Below are positions 43,338 to 55,456 of a DNA stretch of 64,000 nt, piece by piece (position 1 is the first letter of the stretch; each line of letters starts with the position of its first letter). The notes under the pieces are model-generated. The model was not told the origin of the DNA and did not search any database. It saw only the letters and a list, made by a program, of their open reading frames with translations. The position numbers and the translations under genes are program-made. Origin of the DNA: Prasinococcaceae sp. CCMP 1430 (taxonomy: Eukaryota > Plantae > Prasinodermophyta); NCBI GenBank assembly GCA_013416795.1, contig RQSC01000025.1, positions 158,609 to 222,608 of the forward strand. The letters are read 5' to 3'.

Positions 43338-45221
43338 TCAGCTGCTGTAGGAGGTGACCACCTTGGCGGCCGCCTCGCTGATGGTGAGCCCCTCCTTCTC
43401 GGCGATCGCCTTGAGCGCGTCGAAGGTCGAGCTGTCCACGGCCAGGCGCGGCTGCGACGAGTACGACGGCGGCGACACGTACGCCTTCTGGTACTCGCGC
43501 AGCGCCACGAAGCCGATGCGGCTGCAGAAGTCGCCGAAGGACTCCGACTCCTTCCGGCGGCTCTTGAAGAACGCGAAGAGCGGCTCGAAGAAGGTCTCGA
43601 AGTCACGCAGCTTGACCTTCTGCTTGTAGGGCTCGGCCAGGCGCGTGAGGTCGGGGCAGCCGCCCAGCCAGATCTCGTACGTGTTGGGACCGTCGCCCAC
43701 GAAGCCCAGCTCAGCCATGTACGGGCGCGCGCAGCCGTTCGGGCAGCCCGTCATGCGGATGACGATGCCCTCGTCCTTCATGCCCATGCGCGTCAGCAGC
43801 GCGTCGAGGCGCGCGTTGACGTCCGGCAGGCCGCGCTCGGCCTCGGTAATGGCCAGGCCGCACAGCGGCAGCGCCGGGCACGCGATCGAGTTCAGCACGA
43901 TGGGCGAGAGCGAGTCGGGGTCCGCCACGCCGGCGGCGTCAAGCGTCGCCTGGATGTCGGCCTTCCAGCTGGGGTCGACGTCGCACAGGATGAGGTCCTG
44001 GTTGGCGGTGAGGCGCACCTCGAGCTCGTAGCGGCCGACCACCGTGGCCACGGCCTTCTTGAGCGCGCCGCGCACGCGGCCGTTCACCACGTGCACGCCG
44101 ACGAAGAGCTTGCCGTCGCCCTGCTCCCCCCAGCCCAGGTAGTTCTTGAACTCCCACTTGGCCATGGGCGCGGGCGCCTCGAACTGGAAGCCCTGGTACT
44201 CCTCCACCTTGGCGATGAAGTTCTCGAGCCCGAGGCGCTCGACGGTGTACTTCATGCGCGACATCTTGCGGTCGTCGCGGCGGCCGTAGTCGCGCTGCAC
44301 GCACACGATCGCCTTGACGGCATGCAGCGCGCGCTCCTTGGGGACGAAGCCGAGGATGTCGGCGAGGCGCGGGTGCGTCTCGTCGTTGCGGTGCGAGTTG
44401 CCCATGCCGCCTCCGGCGGTGATGTTGAACCCCATGAGCTCGCCCGCCGCGTTGGTGATGGTGATCAGGCCGAGGTCGTTGGTGAACAGGTCGATGTGGT
44501 TGTCGCCCGGCACGGTCACGCCGATCTTGAACTTGCGCGGCAGGTACACGTCGCCGTAGATGGGCTCCACGTCGTCGCCGTTGATGCCGCGCGAGTTGTC
44601 CTCGCGCACCTCCTTGACGAAGGGCGCCTCGACCTCCTGCGTCATGAACTTCTCGCCGTCGAGCCACACGTCGTAGTACCCGCCGCCCTGCGGGGCCAGC
44701 AGGTCCTTGACGTGGTTGGCCCACTCGACCGCGTGCAGGTACTCCGGCTTGGTCTTGTACGGCACGGGCGGCGCGGTGATGTTGCGGTTCACGTCGCCGC
44801 ACGCGGCGAGCGTGGAGCCCATGTTCTTGATGACGGTGGAGAACACCGTCTTCAGGTCCTGCTTGAGCACGCCGTGCAGCTGGAACGCCTGGCGCGTGGT
44901 GAGGCGCAGCGTGCCGTTGCCGTACTGGTCGGCGAGGTCGTCCATCACCAGGTACAGGCGCGACGGCACGATGCCCGAGGGCGTGCGCGTGCGCATCATG
45001 AACTGGTAGAACTTGCCCTCGCCGAAGGTGCGCTTCTCGCGGTCGTCCTGCTGGTACGAGCCGTGGAACTTCATGAGCTGCGCGGCGCCTTCGTTGATGT
45101 TGGTGGCCTCGGTGATGAGCTCGTCAATGAGCGGGTAGCGCAGGTACGAGGACTGCTCCTTGAGCTCCTCGACCTTGGTGCGCTTGCCCTCCTTGATGTT
45201 GGGCTTGACCACCTTGGGCGG
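43338..45221 (-). CDS. SIR: Ferredoxin-dependent sulfite reductase; transit-peptide exon(s) missing
   Basis: KRTKVEELKEQS.YLRYPL, KFHGSYQQDDR, LRLTTRQAFQLHG, TLAACGDVNRN, YLPRKFKI, siroheme/4Fe-4S ligands ACPALPLCGLA and RMTGCPNGCARP. Confidence 0.96.
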   Translation of the reverse strand, partial: PPKVVKPNIKEGKRTKVEELKEQSSYLRYPLIDELITEATNINEGAAQLMKFHGSYQQDDREKRTFGEGKFYQFMMRTRTPSGIVPSRLYLVMDDLADQYGNGTLRLTTRQAFQLHGVLKQDLKTVFSTVIKNMGSTLAACGDVNRNITAPPVPYKTKPEYLHAVEWANHVKDLLAPQGGGYYDVWLDGEKFMTQEVEAPFVKEVREDNSRGINGDDVEPIYGDVYLPRKFKIGVTVPGDNHIDLFTNDLGLITITNAAGELMGFNITAGGGMGNSHRNDETHPRLADILGFVPKERALHAVKAIVCVQRDYGRRDDRKMSRMKYTVERLGLENFIAKVEEYQGFQFEAPAPMAKWEFKNYLGWGEQGDGKLFVGVHVVNGRVRGALKKAVATVVGRYELEVRLTANQDLILCDVDPSWKADIQATLDAAGVADPDSLSPIVLNSIACPALPLCGLAITEAERGLPDVNARLDALLTRMGMKDEGIVIRMTGCPNGCARPYMAELGFVGDGPNTYEIWLGGCPDLTRLAEPYKQKVKLRDFETFFEPLFAFFKSRRKESESFGDFCSRIGFVALREYQKAYVSPPSYSSQPRLAVDSSTFDALKAIAEKEGLTISEAAAKVVTSYSS

Positions 45222-46333
45222 CTGCACGCGGCGCGCGCGTCAGCCGGTCGCGTCCGCATCGGCGCGCCTGCTGTGCGGGGATGCGCGGATCTCACCAAAG
45301 AGCAACTTCATAAGCGTCGTCTTGCCCGCGCCGTTGACGCCAGNGCTTCTTGATGGCCTTTTTGGAGAGCTCGGACTGGTCGGTCTTCTTCGACTCCTTC
45401 TTCTTGTTCTTGTTCTTCTTCTTCTCGCACCGAAACGGCGTTCCGCGCGTCGCTCCCGCACATGCTTTCCCTCTCATCGCCGCGAAAACCGCGGTGTTTG
45501 CGCGTGCGCGTCTCCGCGGCTTTCGCGTCCCGAACCCCGCGGCGTTTGCGCTCCCCGCCCCCCCCCAACAACGGTCGCGGGGCCGCCGCGCGACGCCGCC
45601 CTCCGCGGGGGGAAAAAGAACCCTAACGCCGCCGGAAGGGCAGGCGCAGTTGCGATGCGCTGATGAAGCTCCCGCGGAAAAAAAGAGGGCCGGCCGAGCT
45701 GTGCTCCTGCCTGTCTCTCTCCGGGCTCTTGACCGGCCGGCGGCGCCGCCGCGAGGCGCGCGGTGCGCCCACGCTGTTCATCCGGAACCGGCCGGGGGTC
45801 GCTCCGTCTGACCGAGCCCTCGGTCGGTCGGGCGATCCGAGACCTGGGGTCCTGGTTGGGCTTGCGTGGTTGGGTCGTCGGCGACGGCTGTCGCGCGCGC
45901 CGCGTGGCAGTGCACTTTTCCGGCCGGAGCGCGCCAGCCAGCCAGGAGCGATCGCTCGCTGGCTGGGCGGCTGGTCGTCGAGGCCGGGCCGACCGCGACC
46001 GCGACCGCGACCGCAACCGCAGCCAGCCCGGGCCGGCGCGGCCGCTCGGCCACCGAACACCAACACGACAACTCAAAAGCGCATCGCGCCCGCGGCGGTG
46101 CGGGCGCTTTTGGGTGGACCCTAATTTTTATCGAACCTGAATTCTGGCGCCGGGTCGGCGGGCCCCACGGGCGGCGCGCCCGCGTTTGAAAGCCGCGGCG
46201 CGGCGCGCCCGGACGGGGACGGGGACGGGGCGCCATTTCGGGGCGGGGCGGAGCGCGAAACGCGCCGGAGAGAACGGTATGCCGGAAAGGGCCAACGTAC
46301 TTTGCGGGAAACGCGTTCGGGACGGATCGCAGC

Positions 46334-49300
46334 GTGGTCTTGTCCGCGCCCCCCCTGGCGCGCCGAGCGCGGAAGCGGTCGGTTCCCCGCAGCGACCGCG
46401 GGCGCGGCAGGCCCGGCCGGTCCGCGGGTGCCGCCGCGGATGGCAGCGCGGCCGCGCCCGCCCCGCCCGTCGGGTCGTCCGCGGGAGGTGCGCCGACGGC
46501 GCTCGCGTGGCACCCGAGGCAGCGGCTGCTCGCGATTGGCTGGTCCGACGGCGCGGTCACGCTCTGGTCGCCCAAGGAGCCGAGCGCGCCGCGCGAGGAC
46601 CGTACTGCGCACAGCGAGAGCGTCACGGCGCTCGCGTGGTCGCCGGACGGCGTGCGGCTGGTGAGCGGCGACGCGCAGGGCGCCCTGTGCGTCTGGAAGG
46701 CCGACCCGCGTGGCAGACCCGTGGTCATCGTGCAGTACCAGACGGCGCAGGCGCTGGCCAAGGCGCAGGCGCTCGAGGGCGGGCCGCAGCCCTCGCCGGG
46801 CAAGGTCTCGCACATCGTCTTCAACACGAGCGAGGAAATGGCGCCCAGCAGCGAGGCCAAGGAGAAGGCGCTGCTGCCGGTCATGTCGGCGCCCTTCCAC
46901 TACGTCATCTGCGCACCGCGGGCGGACGAGAGGAGCGTCGTGTCGACGGCCGATGACCAGGGCAACCTCACGGCGGCATTCCAGGTGGAGGGCGAGGTGG
47001 CTAAGGCCCTCTTCTATCGCGAGCGCAACGGCCTCGTGCTCGTCACCAAAGAGGCGGTGCTCCACGTGAACGTGCTCCACGGCGGCGCCTTCAAGCCCAA
47101 GCTCACGTCCAAGCTGAACATGTCGGCCGAGTCCACCGAGCTGTTCGTCACGTGGGCGGGACCGCACATGCTGGCGTCCGCCGGCAATGGCGACAGCCTG
47201 GTGCGCATGCTCGATCTGGCCGACGAGGACAACTTCGCGCTGCCGCTGCTCGAGGCGGACGGCCGCGCGTCCAACGACAGGGTCGCGTGCCTCGCCTTCA
47301 ACGACGTGGGAGGCCACCTCGGCGCGGGCACGAACACAGGCAGGGTTGCGATGTGGACGAACTCGGCGTTCAGCGAGCGGAAGGCCGCCGTGGCGGAGAA
47401 CGGCGAGTTCAAGGACAGCGAGGATCAGTGGTACCGCGGCGACCTGATCGAGCTGGCCAACGCGCAGGGGCAGCAGCGCGTGGAGAGGCTGCACTGGGCG
47501 CCCACCAACCGCGGCCGCGTGCTCGCGGCCGCCACCTCCTCCGGCATCACCGTGCTGCGGAAGGCGGTGCTGCAGCGCCGCGTGTCCCAGGGCCTCCAGC
47601 TGGTGCAGATCGCCGCGAACCACCTGCACGTGTCTTCGGCCGTCGACGAGACGGCCGCGGGCTTCATCAAGACGGACCTGCAGATCGTTGGCGTGGACGC
47701 GTCGCAGGACAAGGTGCTGCTGTGGTCCGGCCGCCACGCGCAGGTGTGGGAGTGGCACGGGCGCTCGGGCGAGATGGTCGCCTCCTTCGCGTGCCCGACG
47801 GCGGCGATGGGCATTCACATGGACAGCATCTACCGCGCGGCAGGCCACGGCGTGCAGATCTGCAACCTGCAGGGCACGGTCGAGTCGACCCTCACGTTCG
47901 AAGAGGCGCACGGCGCCGTGGAGCAACTCGAGACCAACGGCGAGTACCTCGCCGCGGTGACCGCTGGGGGCGTCCTCAAGATGTGGCGCCTCGGCGGGCG
48001 CGAGCCCCAGCCGCACGGACCGGTCACGGGGCGAATGATCGAGGTGGCGGGCGCCTCCGCCGGGGCTGCGAGCAGCGTGCGCGTCAATTGCAACGGCAGC
48101 TGCGTGAGCGTCATCGTGCAGTCGCTGGGGGAGGAGACGTCGCCCATGCTGCTCGTGTACGACGTCGAAAGCGACCTGTGGGTGCGGCACAGCTGCGCGC
48201 CGTACGACCCGGTCGGGCACGCCTGGGACCTGAGCGAGCCCAAGCTGGTGGCCGTCGAGTGCGCCGGCGGGCACGGCGAGGTGACGCACGACGCGGGCGA
48301 GGTGCGCACGCTCTTCCTGTCGCCCGGCGACGGCCTCTTCCTCCAGGAGCTCGTGCCGCTCAGCTCGGAGCTGACGGGGCTCGTCGGGCTGGCCGTGCCG
48401 CACGTCTCACTGTCGCGGCGGTTGGTCGGCGCCGTCGACGAGGCATACGTGGCCAAAAAGGTCATGCGCGATTTCACGGGCATGGAGTACGTGGACGAGT
48501 CCACCGGCAAGGCGCTGCTCGACTTCAGCTACAACATGGCGCTCGGCAACATGGACGAGGCGTTCAAGAGCGTGCGGCTGATAAGAAACCCGACGGTGTG
48601 GGAGAACATGGCCAAGATGTGCGTGAAGACCAAGCGCATCGACGTCGTGGAGCACTGCCTGGCCAACATGGGGCACGTCAGGGGGGCACGAGCGATACGC
48701 GCCGCCGGCGAGTACCCCGAAGTGGAGGCGCGCATGGGGCTCGTGGCGATCCAGCTGGGCATGTTCGACGACGCGGAGCAGCTCTTCACCGAGTGCGAGC
48801 GCTACGATCTGCTCAACGACATGTACCAGGCGCAGGGCAAGTGGGGCGCCGCCATCCACATCGCCACGGAGAAGGACCGCATCCACCTCCGCAACACGCA
48901 CTTCAAGCACGGGCGGCACCTGGAGAGCGTCGGCGACGTCGCGGGGGCGATCAAGGCCTACGAGGAGAGCGGAACGCACCGCGCCGAGGTGCCCCGCATG
49001 CTCCACGGGCTGGGCCGCACCGCCGAGCTGGAGCAGTACGTGAGGGAGGGCGGCGACAAGGGGCTGTCAAAGTGGTGGGCGCGCTTCTGCGAGTCCACCG
49101 GCGCGTACGACAAGGCGATGGAGTGCTACGAGGCGGCCTCGGACGCGCTCAGCCTCGTGCGGATGTACTGCGCGCAGGGCGACTTCGCCAAGGCGGCCGA
49201 GCTGGTCAGCAGCACGGACAACAGCGCCGCCGCCTTCCACCTCGCGCGGCAGTACGAGGCGCGCGTCGGCGAGTACCGGGGCACCGCCGAGGCTGGCCGC

Positions 49301-50870
49301 ATGGCGCAGGACGCGATCAAGTGCTACGCGTCCGCCGGCCGCCACGGCCAGGCGCTGCGCATGGCCATGCGCTTCGAGCTCGACAGCGAGGTCATGGCGA
49401 TGGCCATGCAGGCGCCCCCGGCACAGGTCGGCGAGGCGGCGGCGTACTTCGACGCGCGCGAGATGTACGACAAGAGCGTGCTGGTCCACCAGCGCTGCGG
49501 CAACCTGTCCAGGGCGCTGGACCTGTGCTTTCGCGGCCAGCTCTTCGACAGCCTTCGCCTCATCGTCGACAACCTCGCGACGGGCGCCGACGCCGCGGGG
49601 GGCGGGGCGGCGAGCGCCGACGCCGAGCTGCTGGCTCGCTGCGGCGACTTCTTCATGCAGCATCGTCAGTACGACAAGGCGATGCACATGTTCGTGATCA
49701 GCGGGCGCTACCAGCAGGCGCTCGACCTGTGCGTGCAGCACAACATCGCGCTCACCGAGGAGCTCGCCGACAAGGTCACGCCTCCAAAGTCGGAGGGCGA
49801 GGACCCCGGCGCGGCCGAGCGGCGGCGGGAGGTGCTCCTGGAGGTGGCCAACATCTGCGCGGAGCAGGGCTCGTACCACCTGGCGTCCAAGAAGTTCGTG
49901 CAGGCCGGGGACAAGCTCACCGCGATGAAGGTGCTGATGCGCAGCGGCGACACCGAGAAGATCTGCTTCTTCGCGGGGGTGTCGCGGCAGCGCGAGATCT
50001 ACTTGCTGGCGGGCAACTACCTGCAGAGCCTGGACTGGCACAGCAACCCGGACATAATGAAGAACATCATCCAGTTCTACGTCAAGGCCAAGGCCATGGA
50101 CTCGCTGTCGGCCTTCTACGAGTCGTGCGCGCAGATCGAGATCGACGAGTACAGGGACTACAAGAAGGCGCTGGGGGCGCTCGGCGAGGCGGTCAAGTAC
50201 ACCAACAAGATTCGCGGGCCCGACAGGGAGGAGCGGCTGGCCCAGCTGGCGCACAAGCAGCGGCTCATGGAGGCCTTCGTGGAGGCGCAGGCGAGCCCCG
50301 CCGCCGCGATCGGCATCTGCGAGAACATCCTCGAGCACCTGCCGGCGCACGTGCCCGACCACGAGCAGCCGCTCCGCGCGGGCGACGTGTACAACCTGAT
50401 GGTGGAGTCGCACGTCGGGCACGGCGACACCGCGGCGGCGGCGCAGACGATCGAGCGCATGCGCGAGCGCATCGGCGCCATCGAGCCCTACATCGACCGC
50501 GTGCTCCTCGAGCAGGTGCTCGGGCATTCCGCGCCCGACTCGCCCGTCGGGGGCCACGACGAGCCCTTCGTCGAGGTGCGCGACGCCGCGAGCAGCGCTG
50601 GTAGCGCGCATTGCGCAGCGACGCCGCCCCTTCCGGCCCGCGCCGCGCGCCTCCTCCTCACCCCTCCGCGCGCCGGCCCCCTCACCTCCTCCCCGACCCC
50701 ACCCACATCCACACGCTCCCACCCACCACCATCCGCGCGCGCCCGGTGGCCGCCCGAGTGCTGACACGGCCCTTTCCCCCTCTCCTTGTTGTCCCGCCCT
50801 CGCCCCCCATGCCCCGCCCGCCCGCGCGCGGCAAAAGGAGGAGGTGGAGGAGGTGGACGAGGCCATGTAG
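46334..50870 (+). CDS. IFT140: Intraflagellar transport protein 140 (WD40 + TPR); last intron 50577..50837; true start not found
   Basis: LAWHP..LLAIGW, YNMALGNMDEAFKSVRLI...VWENMAKMCVKTKR.DV..CLANM, DRIHLRNTH and FAGVSRQREIY..AGNYLQSLDW. Confidence 0.95.
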
Positions 50871-52082
50871 GCAGCCTCTCGCCCGCCCGCGCCCGCCCGG
50901 CGCCCGCCGCGAGAGCGAGAGCGCGACCGGCGCCGACCGTGCCCCCCTCCTGCTCCTCCCTGTACACGTACGATTCCCCCCTCCGAACGCTGGCGCGTCG
51001 CACCTGCGCCCCCCGGCGCGCCGTGCAACCACAGGCGCGAACGCCCTGTCTGCGCGCCGCCGCGCGCTCGCGTCCCCCGCGCCCGCGGCGGCCCGGGAGC
51101 GTTCGATGAGTGTCGGAGTTGGCGCGCGCTCCGGCGGGCATCGTTCGTGGGACGGCTGGCTGGCTGTGGCAGGCTCCCCATGCCGCGGTCGGTCGGTCGG
51201 TGGGGTGGGCCTGCCAGCCAGTCAGCCGGTCGGTCTGTCGGTCGGTCGGTCTGTCGCAGCCGGTCGGGGGACGCGCTCGGCCGGATCCGTTCCTCCTCGC
51301 AGGGAGGGGGCTTTGTTGGCGCCAGCCATTCGGCCAGGCCGGCATCGCAGGATGGAGCCGGCCAGCATCCACCGATCCAGCGTCTGTCGTCAGAATGGGT
51401 GGGTAACTAGTCTAGTCAGCAGTCAGGGGCCGATGATCCACCAGCCAGCCAGCCAGTTGTCGAAAATCCATCTTCACGTCCCACGCGCGTGCATTGTGAT
51501 GGCGGCGCCCGCCGGCGGATCCGCGGCCGCCGCGCTCTGCTGTGATATGGCGCGATCGCATGCTTCCCCCGCGCGCCGTGCCTGCCTGCACGGACATACA
51601 TGAGGCGAGTCGAGAGACGAGGGCAGGCGAGTCGAGAGTCCAGGCGAGGCGGGGCGGGGCCGCCGCCGCCGCCGCCGTCCTCGTCAGCGCTCTATCCTTG
51701 GCGGCCCGCGGTCCCAGGAGGCTCCCCGCGTCCCCACTCGCTTCCATCCTCCCCTTTCTTCCGCCCTCGGCCGCGCACCCCAAATCGGCGTCCGCCTCGC
51801 GGCCAACCAACGCCAATCCTGACCGCGCGGATCCTTCGCCCGGCCGGCGCGCGCGCTCGCCACGCGCGCCGGGGGCGCCGCGNNNNNNNNNNNNNNNNNN
51901 NNNNNNNNNNNNNNNNNNNNNNNNNNNNNNNNNNNNNNNNNNNNNNNNNNNNNNNNNNNNNNNNNNNNNNNNNNNNNNNNNNNNNNNNNGCGCGCAGCAG
52001 CGGCAGCGGCGGCGGGATCGCACGCCTCGGGGCGCCCTCTCGAGCAGAGAGGAGGAGGGGGAGCGGGCGAGCGGCGGACGCC

Positions 52083-52553
52083 ATGTCGGTCGCCGTCGCC
52101 GTGCCGCCGCCGCTGGCCGCGGCCGCCGACGCATGCCGCGGGCGCGCGCTGCTGGTCGAGGACGACCACGTCACGCGCAAGATCGTCGCGCGCATGCTGC
52201 GCCGCTGCAGCTTCGACGTGCGCGAGGTGAGCAACGGCAAGGAGGCCTACGACGCGCTGCGCAAGGCCGACGAGGAGGACGCGCAGTACGACCTCGTGCT
52301 CTCCGACCACAACATGCCCGAGATGACGGGGCTCGAGCTCCTGGCCAAGTTCGACGAGATGTACCGCCACTCGTCGCCGGCGGGGGAGGGCGCGCCGCGC
52401 CCCGCGGGCGCCATGTACACTACTGATGATATTATGCCAATATCCTTGCTTGCTTGCTCTCTCGCGCGCGTGCGCGCGTCAGCGCGCTTGCGGTGTTGCA
52501 CCCTGCCGTTGGTCGCAAACAATGAATTAATTAGTCTAGGGGAGTGCGTGTAG
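52083..52553 (+). CDS. Response-regulator receiver domain, apparently truncated
   Basis: [25 protein letters not shown] and [19 protein letters not shown] with the phospho-acceptor Asp. The conserved KP of the distal half is not found. Confidence 0.7.
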   Translation: MSVAVAVPPPLAAAADACRGRALLVEDDHVTRKIVARMLRRCSFDVREVSNGKEAYDALRKADEEDAQYDLVLSDHNMPEMTGLELLAKFDEMYRHSSPAGEGAPRPAGAMYTTDDIMPISLLACSLARVRASARLRCCTLPLVANNELISLGECV

Positions 52554-52724
52554 AGCCACTCGGCGGAGTGCGGCCGAGGGCTGGACTGTACTTCGAAGTA
52601 CAGAGAGCTCAGTGGGGGTTCTCCCGCAGGGGCGTAAAGGGCCAGAGCGAAACCATGCCGGTCGGTCCATGCGGCACGCGCGCGCGGTGCGGCGACTTAG
52701 TTTCGCGCACCGCCCTGATGCGTG

Positions 52725-53287
52725 TCATGGAAACATGTACGAGCCGCTACTCATGGCCTCGCTCGGTGTCTCGGGCGACGGCACCTCGTCGAGGTCACCT
52801 AGCTGCTTGACGTAGACCTGCGAGTTCCGCACCAGGTTGATGCTCTCACGCCTTGCAGGGGGCAAGTCATCAACGTTTGACAGCCGAAAGCCCTTGCCCA
52901 CGAACCAGTCTGCCGTGCGCGTGGTCAAGACATAGAGCGTGGATATGCCTCGGTGCCTCGCCTCGGCCTCCAGCCGCGCCAGCATGCGATCGCCCACGCC
53001 CCTGCCCTGGTAGGACGGCCTCACAGTGAATGCCGCCACCTCCCCCGTCCCCTCCGCCCCGCTGTAGTCGTACTCGAGCAGTGCCGCACATGCGATCACC
53101 AGCCCCTCGCGCTCCACCACACGCCAGCTTGGCAGCATGCTGCGCATGTCCTCCTGCGAGCGCTTCACGAGCACGCCGTCCGCCTCCAGCGGGGCGAGCA
53201 GCTCGGCGATGCTCTTGAGGTCTGACTCGGTGGCCTTGCGCATCTTCTGGTAGGCGTCGGAGCTGACCATCATCCCCACCCCATCGC
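52725..53287 (-). CDS. argA: C-terminal GNAT domain of N-acetylglutamate synthase (ArgA/NAGS type); kinase-like domain lost at the single-N gap 53288
   Basis: DGVGMMVSSDAY..MRKAT..D...I..L..PLE..GVLVKRS, GEVAAF.V.P.YQG.G.GD.ML, LTTRTADWF..GF and RNSQVYVK. Confidence 0.85.
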
Positions 53288-53288
53288 N

Positions 53289-54058
53289 CCGCGTCGGCCT
53301 CGGCCGCTGAAGGCGACGCGGCCGGCGGCGGGGCGCCGCAGCGCGGCGTGTCGTGGACGGAGGGGCGCGTTGGGCTGTACTATACCAAGCGAAAGGACCA
53401 CAAGACCGACGAGCTCGGCAACATCCCCGAGGAGAGCTACGAAGACGTGGTGGAACCCGTGGGTTGGGACGCGTCCGCCAAGCGGCGCCTCGCATGCCAG
53501 GCCGTCGGCGCTGAGCTCGGCCTCGAGGAGTCGCAAGTCTCGTCCCGCATCGACTCGCTGCTCGCGCTCGTGCCCAGCCTGGAGTCCGCTCTGGACGTGA
53601 TGAAAGTGGCAGACCTCGCTCGCCTCGCCGTGGCCTCCAACGACGTCGCGGCGCGCCTCGTGGCGCTCAAGACGACCTTCCCCACAGCTGACGTCCAGAC
53701 GATGGTCGGGCACGCGCCGCAGCTGTTGCTAGTGGACGCGGGCGAACTCGCGGCTGCGGCAGAGCGCTTGCAGGCGCTCCTCCCCGGGCTCGACGTGGGC
53801 GCGGCTGCGAGTGTGCAGCCCATGCTGCTGCGCCTGCGCGCGCCGGACAAGTTCGTGGAGGACGCCAAGAGGCTCTTGCCTGGCAAGGATGTCGCAAAGA
53901 TGCTTCAGAAGGACCCGAATCTGGTGCTGCGACTCCAAACTGGCGAGGACCTCATCCCCTATGACAATGGGACCGCCGCGCAGATTGCCGCCTCGCTGGC
54001 GCTGCGCGCGCGCGGCGAGAGCGGCAGCGATGGCGTGGGCTCCGAGGCGGGCTGGTAG
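53289..54058 (+). CDS. Conserved algal hypothetical protein with helical (mTERF-like) repeats; 5' end in gap
   Basis: Repeating LVP.L / FPTADV..MVGHAPQLL / LPGLDV...QP.LL / LPGKDV..ML.KDP.L units with coding-like codon usage. Confidence 0.55.
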
Positions 54059-54268
54059 AAGCGGGCCAATCGCGTGAGGTTAATATTATTAGTGCGAGAG
54101 CGGGCGCCGTTGCTCCCTCGCTCCCTCCCTCCCTCCCTCCCTCGCTCTGTCGCTCTTGCCACTGCAGGAACGCACGCGCGCACACTTTGGCGCGCGCCTG
54201 CGTACGTCGAGGCCGTGCGCCGAACGGCACGCCCGCCAGGGCGCGCGCGCACCGGCTCGCAGGCGCCC

Positions 54269-55456
54269 TCACTCAACGATCACCACCTCAGGCTCGGGCT
54301 CCGGCGATGGCTCCTTCAGCGGGAAGGTCCTGCGCGAGGTCTCCTCCAGAAGCTGATTGTAGTCAGGCGAGCGAAGTAGCGCGGTGGCGCGCGCGAGCGC
54401 GTTTGCGGCAATCCCGCGCAGGCGGGGAGGCACCGCAATGAATGCCGTGCCGTCCTCGACGAACTCCTGTGCGTGCGCGAGCGTCGGTGCCAATGCGAGT
54501 GTGGGTATTTTGGGGACGGTCCGGGCGGGAGCGCTGTCAGCATGTGAGAAGCGTCTGAGCCACGCTCCTCTTCCTGAGCGTGTCCGGCGCGTCCTAAACC
54601 TCCCTGCATGCATGCGCACGCGCACCTTGTTGGTGTCCACCTTCGAGTGCCCGGGTTTGGCGTCGTCCGCCTTGCGCTTGCGCGGCGACGGATCGGCCCT
54701 CACCGCTTCCTCCCTGTCCTCCTCCTCCTTTGCCTCCAACTCTGGCGTCTTTTTCGCGACAATGATGTCGTCGTACGCGAGCGTCTCGACGATCTCGCGC
54801 ACCTCGAAGGGCTTGAGGGGAACCTGCGACACTTCGCGGTCCTCAAGCTGCTCCGCGATATCTGAAATGGTCACACCTGCCGACCCGCTGTGCTCCACGA
54901 GCTTGCAGGTGGCGTCGCGCAGCATGGTGACAAAGGTGAGGTCGAACTCGTGGTCTGTCCACCACGCGCCACCCGTGATGTCTCGGCTGGGCTCGAGCTC
55001 GAACAGCATGTACACCTTGCGGTTCTTGCTCTGCACGGACTTGACGGCCTTGATCACCTGGCGGCCCTCGAGCGACTTGAGGATCTTGGACACCTGCGGC
55101 TGCTGGAGGTTGCAGCGCGCCTTGAGGTCCCGGATCCATATCCCCTGGTTGCCGTGTTCCTTGATGATCTGGAGGACGAGCAGCTCCTCACTGCCAAGAC
55201 CCTGCTTCTTGCGATCTTCTTCGTTCGCTTCTTTGTAGTACAAACTTGAGTCCTTCTTGAAGACCTGGATCTTGTGGCTCGCGAGCAGCCGGTTGATCGC
55301 GTCGACACACTCCGCCTGGGTCGTGCACACACCCGCTGCGCGCGCGCGGGCAAGGGAGGGGCGGAGTAGACCCACAAGCGCGCCTGTCAGAGTGGCGGCG
55401 GAGCGGCGCAGCGTGGCGGGGAGGGCAGGGGACGAGGTCTCCGCCCGCTCAGCCAT
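54269..55456 (-). CDS. POLR3F: RNA polymerase III subunit RPC6/C34; in-frame intron 54625..54467
   Basis: EELLVLQII...GNQGIWIRDLK, KILKSLE.RQVIKAVKSV...RKVYMLFELEPS.DITGGAWW.D.EFD. Confidence 0.92.
   Translation of the reverse strand: MAERAETSSPALPATLRRSAATLTGALVGLLRPSLARARAAGVCTTQAECVDAINRLLASHKIQVFKKDSSLYYKEANEEDRKKQGLGSEELLVLQIIKEHGNQGIWIRDLKARCNLQQPQVSKILKSLEGRQVIKAVKSVQSKNRKVYMLFELEPSRDITGGAWWTDHEFDLTFVTMLRDATCKLVEHSGSAGVTISDIAEQLEDREVSQVPLKPFEVREIVETLAYDDIIVAKKTPELEAKEEEDREEAVRADPSPRKRKADDAKPGHSKVDTNKVRVRMHAGRFRTRRTRSGRGAWLRRFSHADSAPARTVPKIPTLALAPTLAHAQEFVEDGTAFIAVPPRLRGIAANALARATALLRSPDYNQLLEETSRRTFPLKEPSPEPEPEVVIVE

Noticed and set aside
5078-54625. Several stop-free introns with lengths divisible by 3 (117, 99, 120, 135, 159 nt), suggesting regulated intron retention
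   Set aside because: About as many introns are not 3n (118, 127, 181, 319 nt), and stop-free introns are expected at this GC content.
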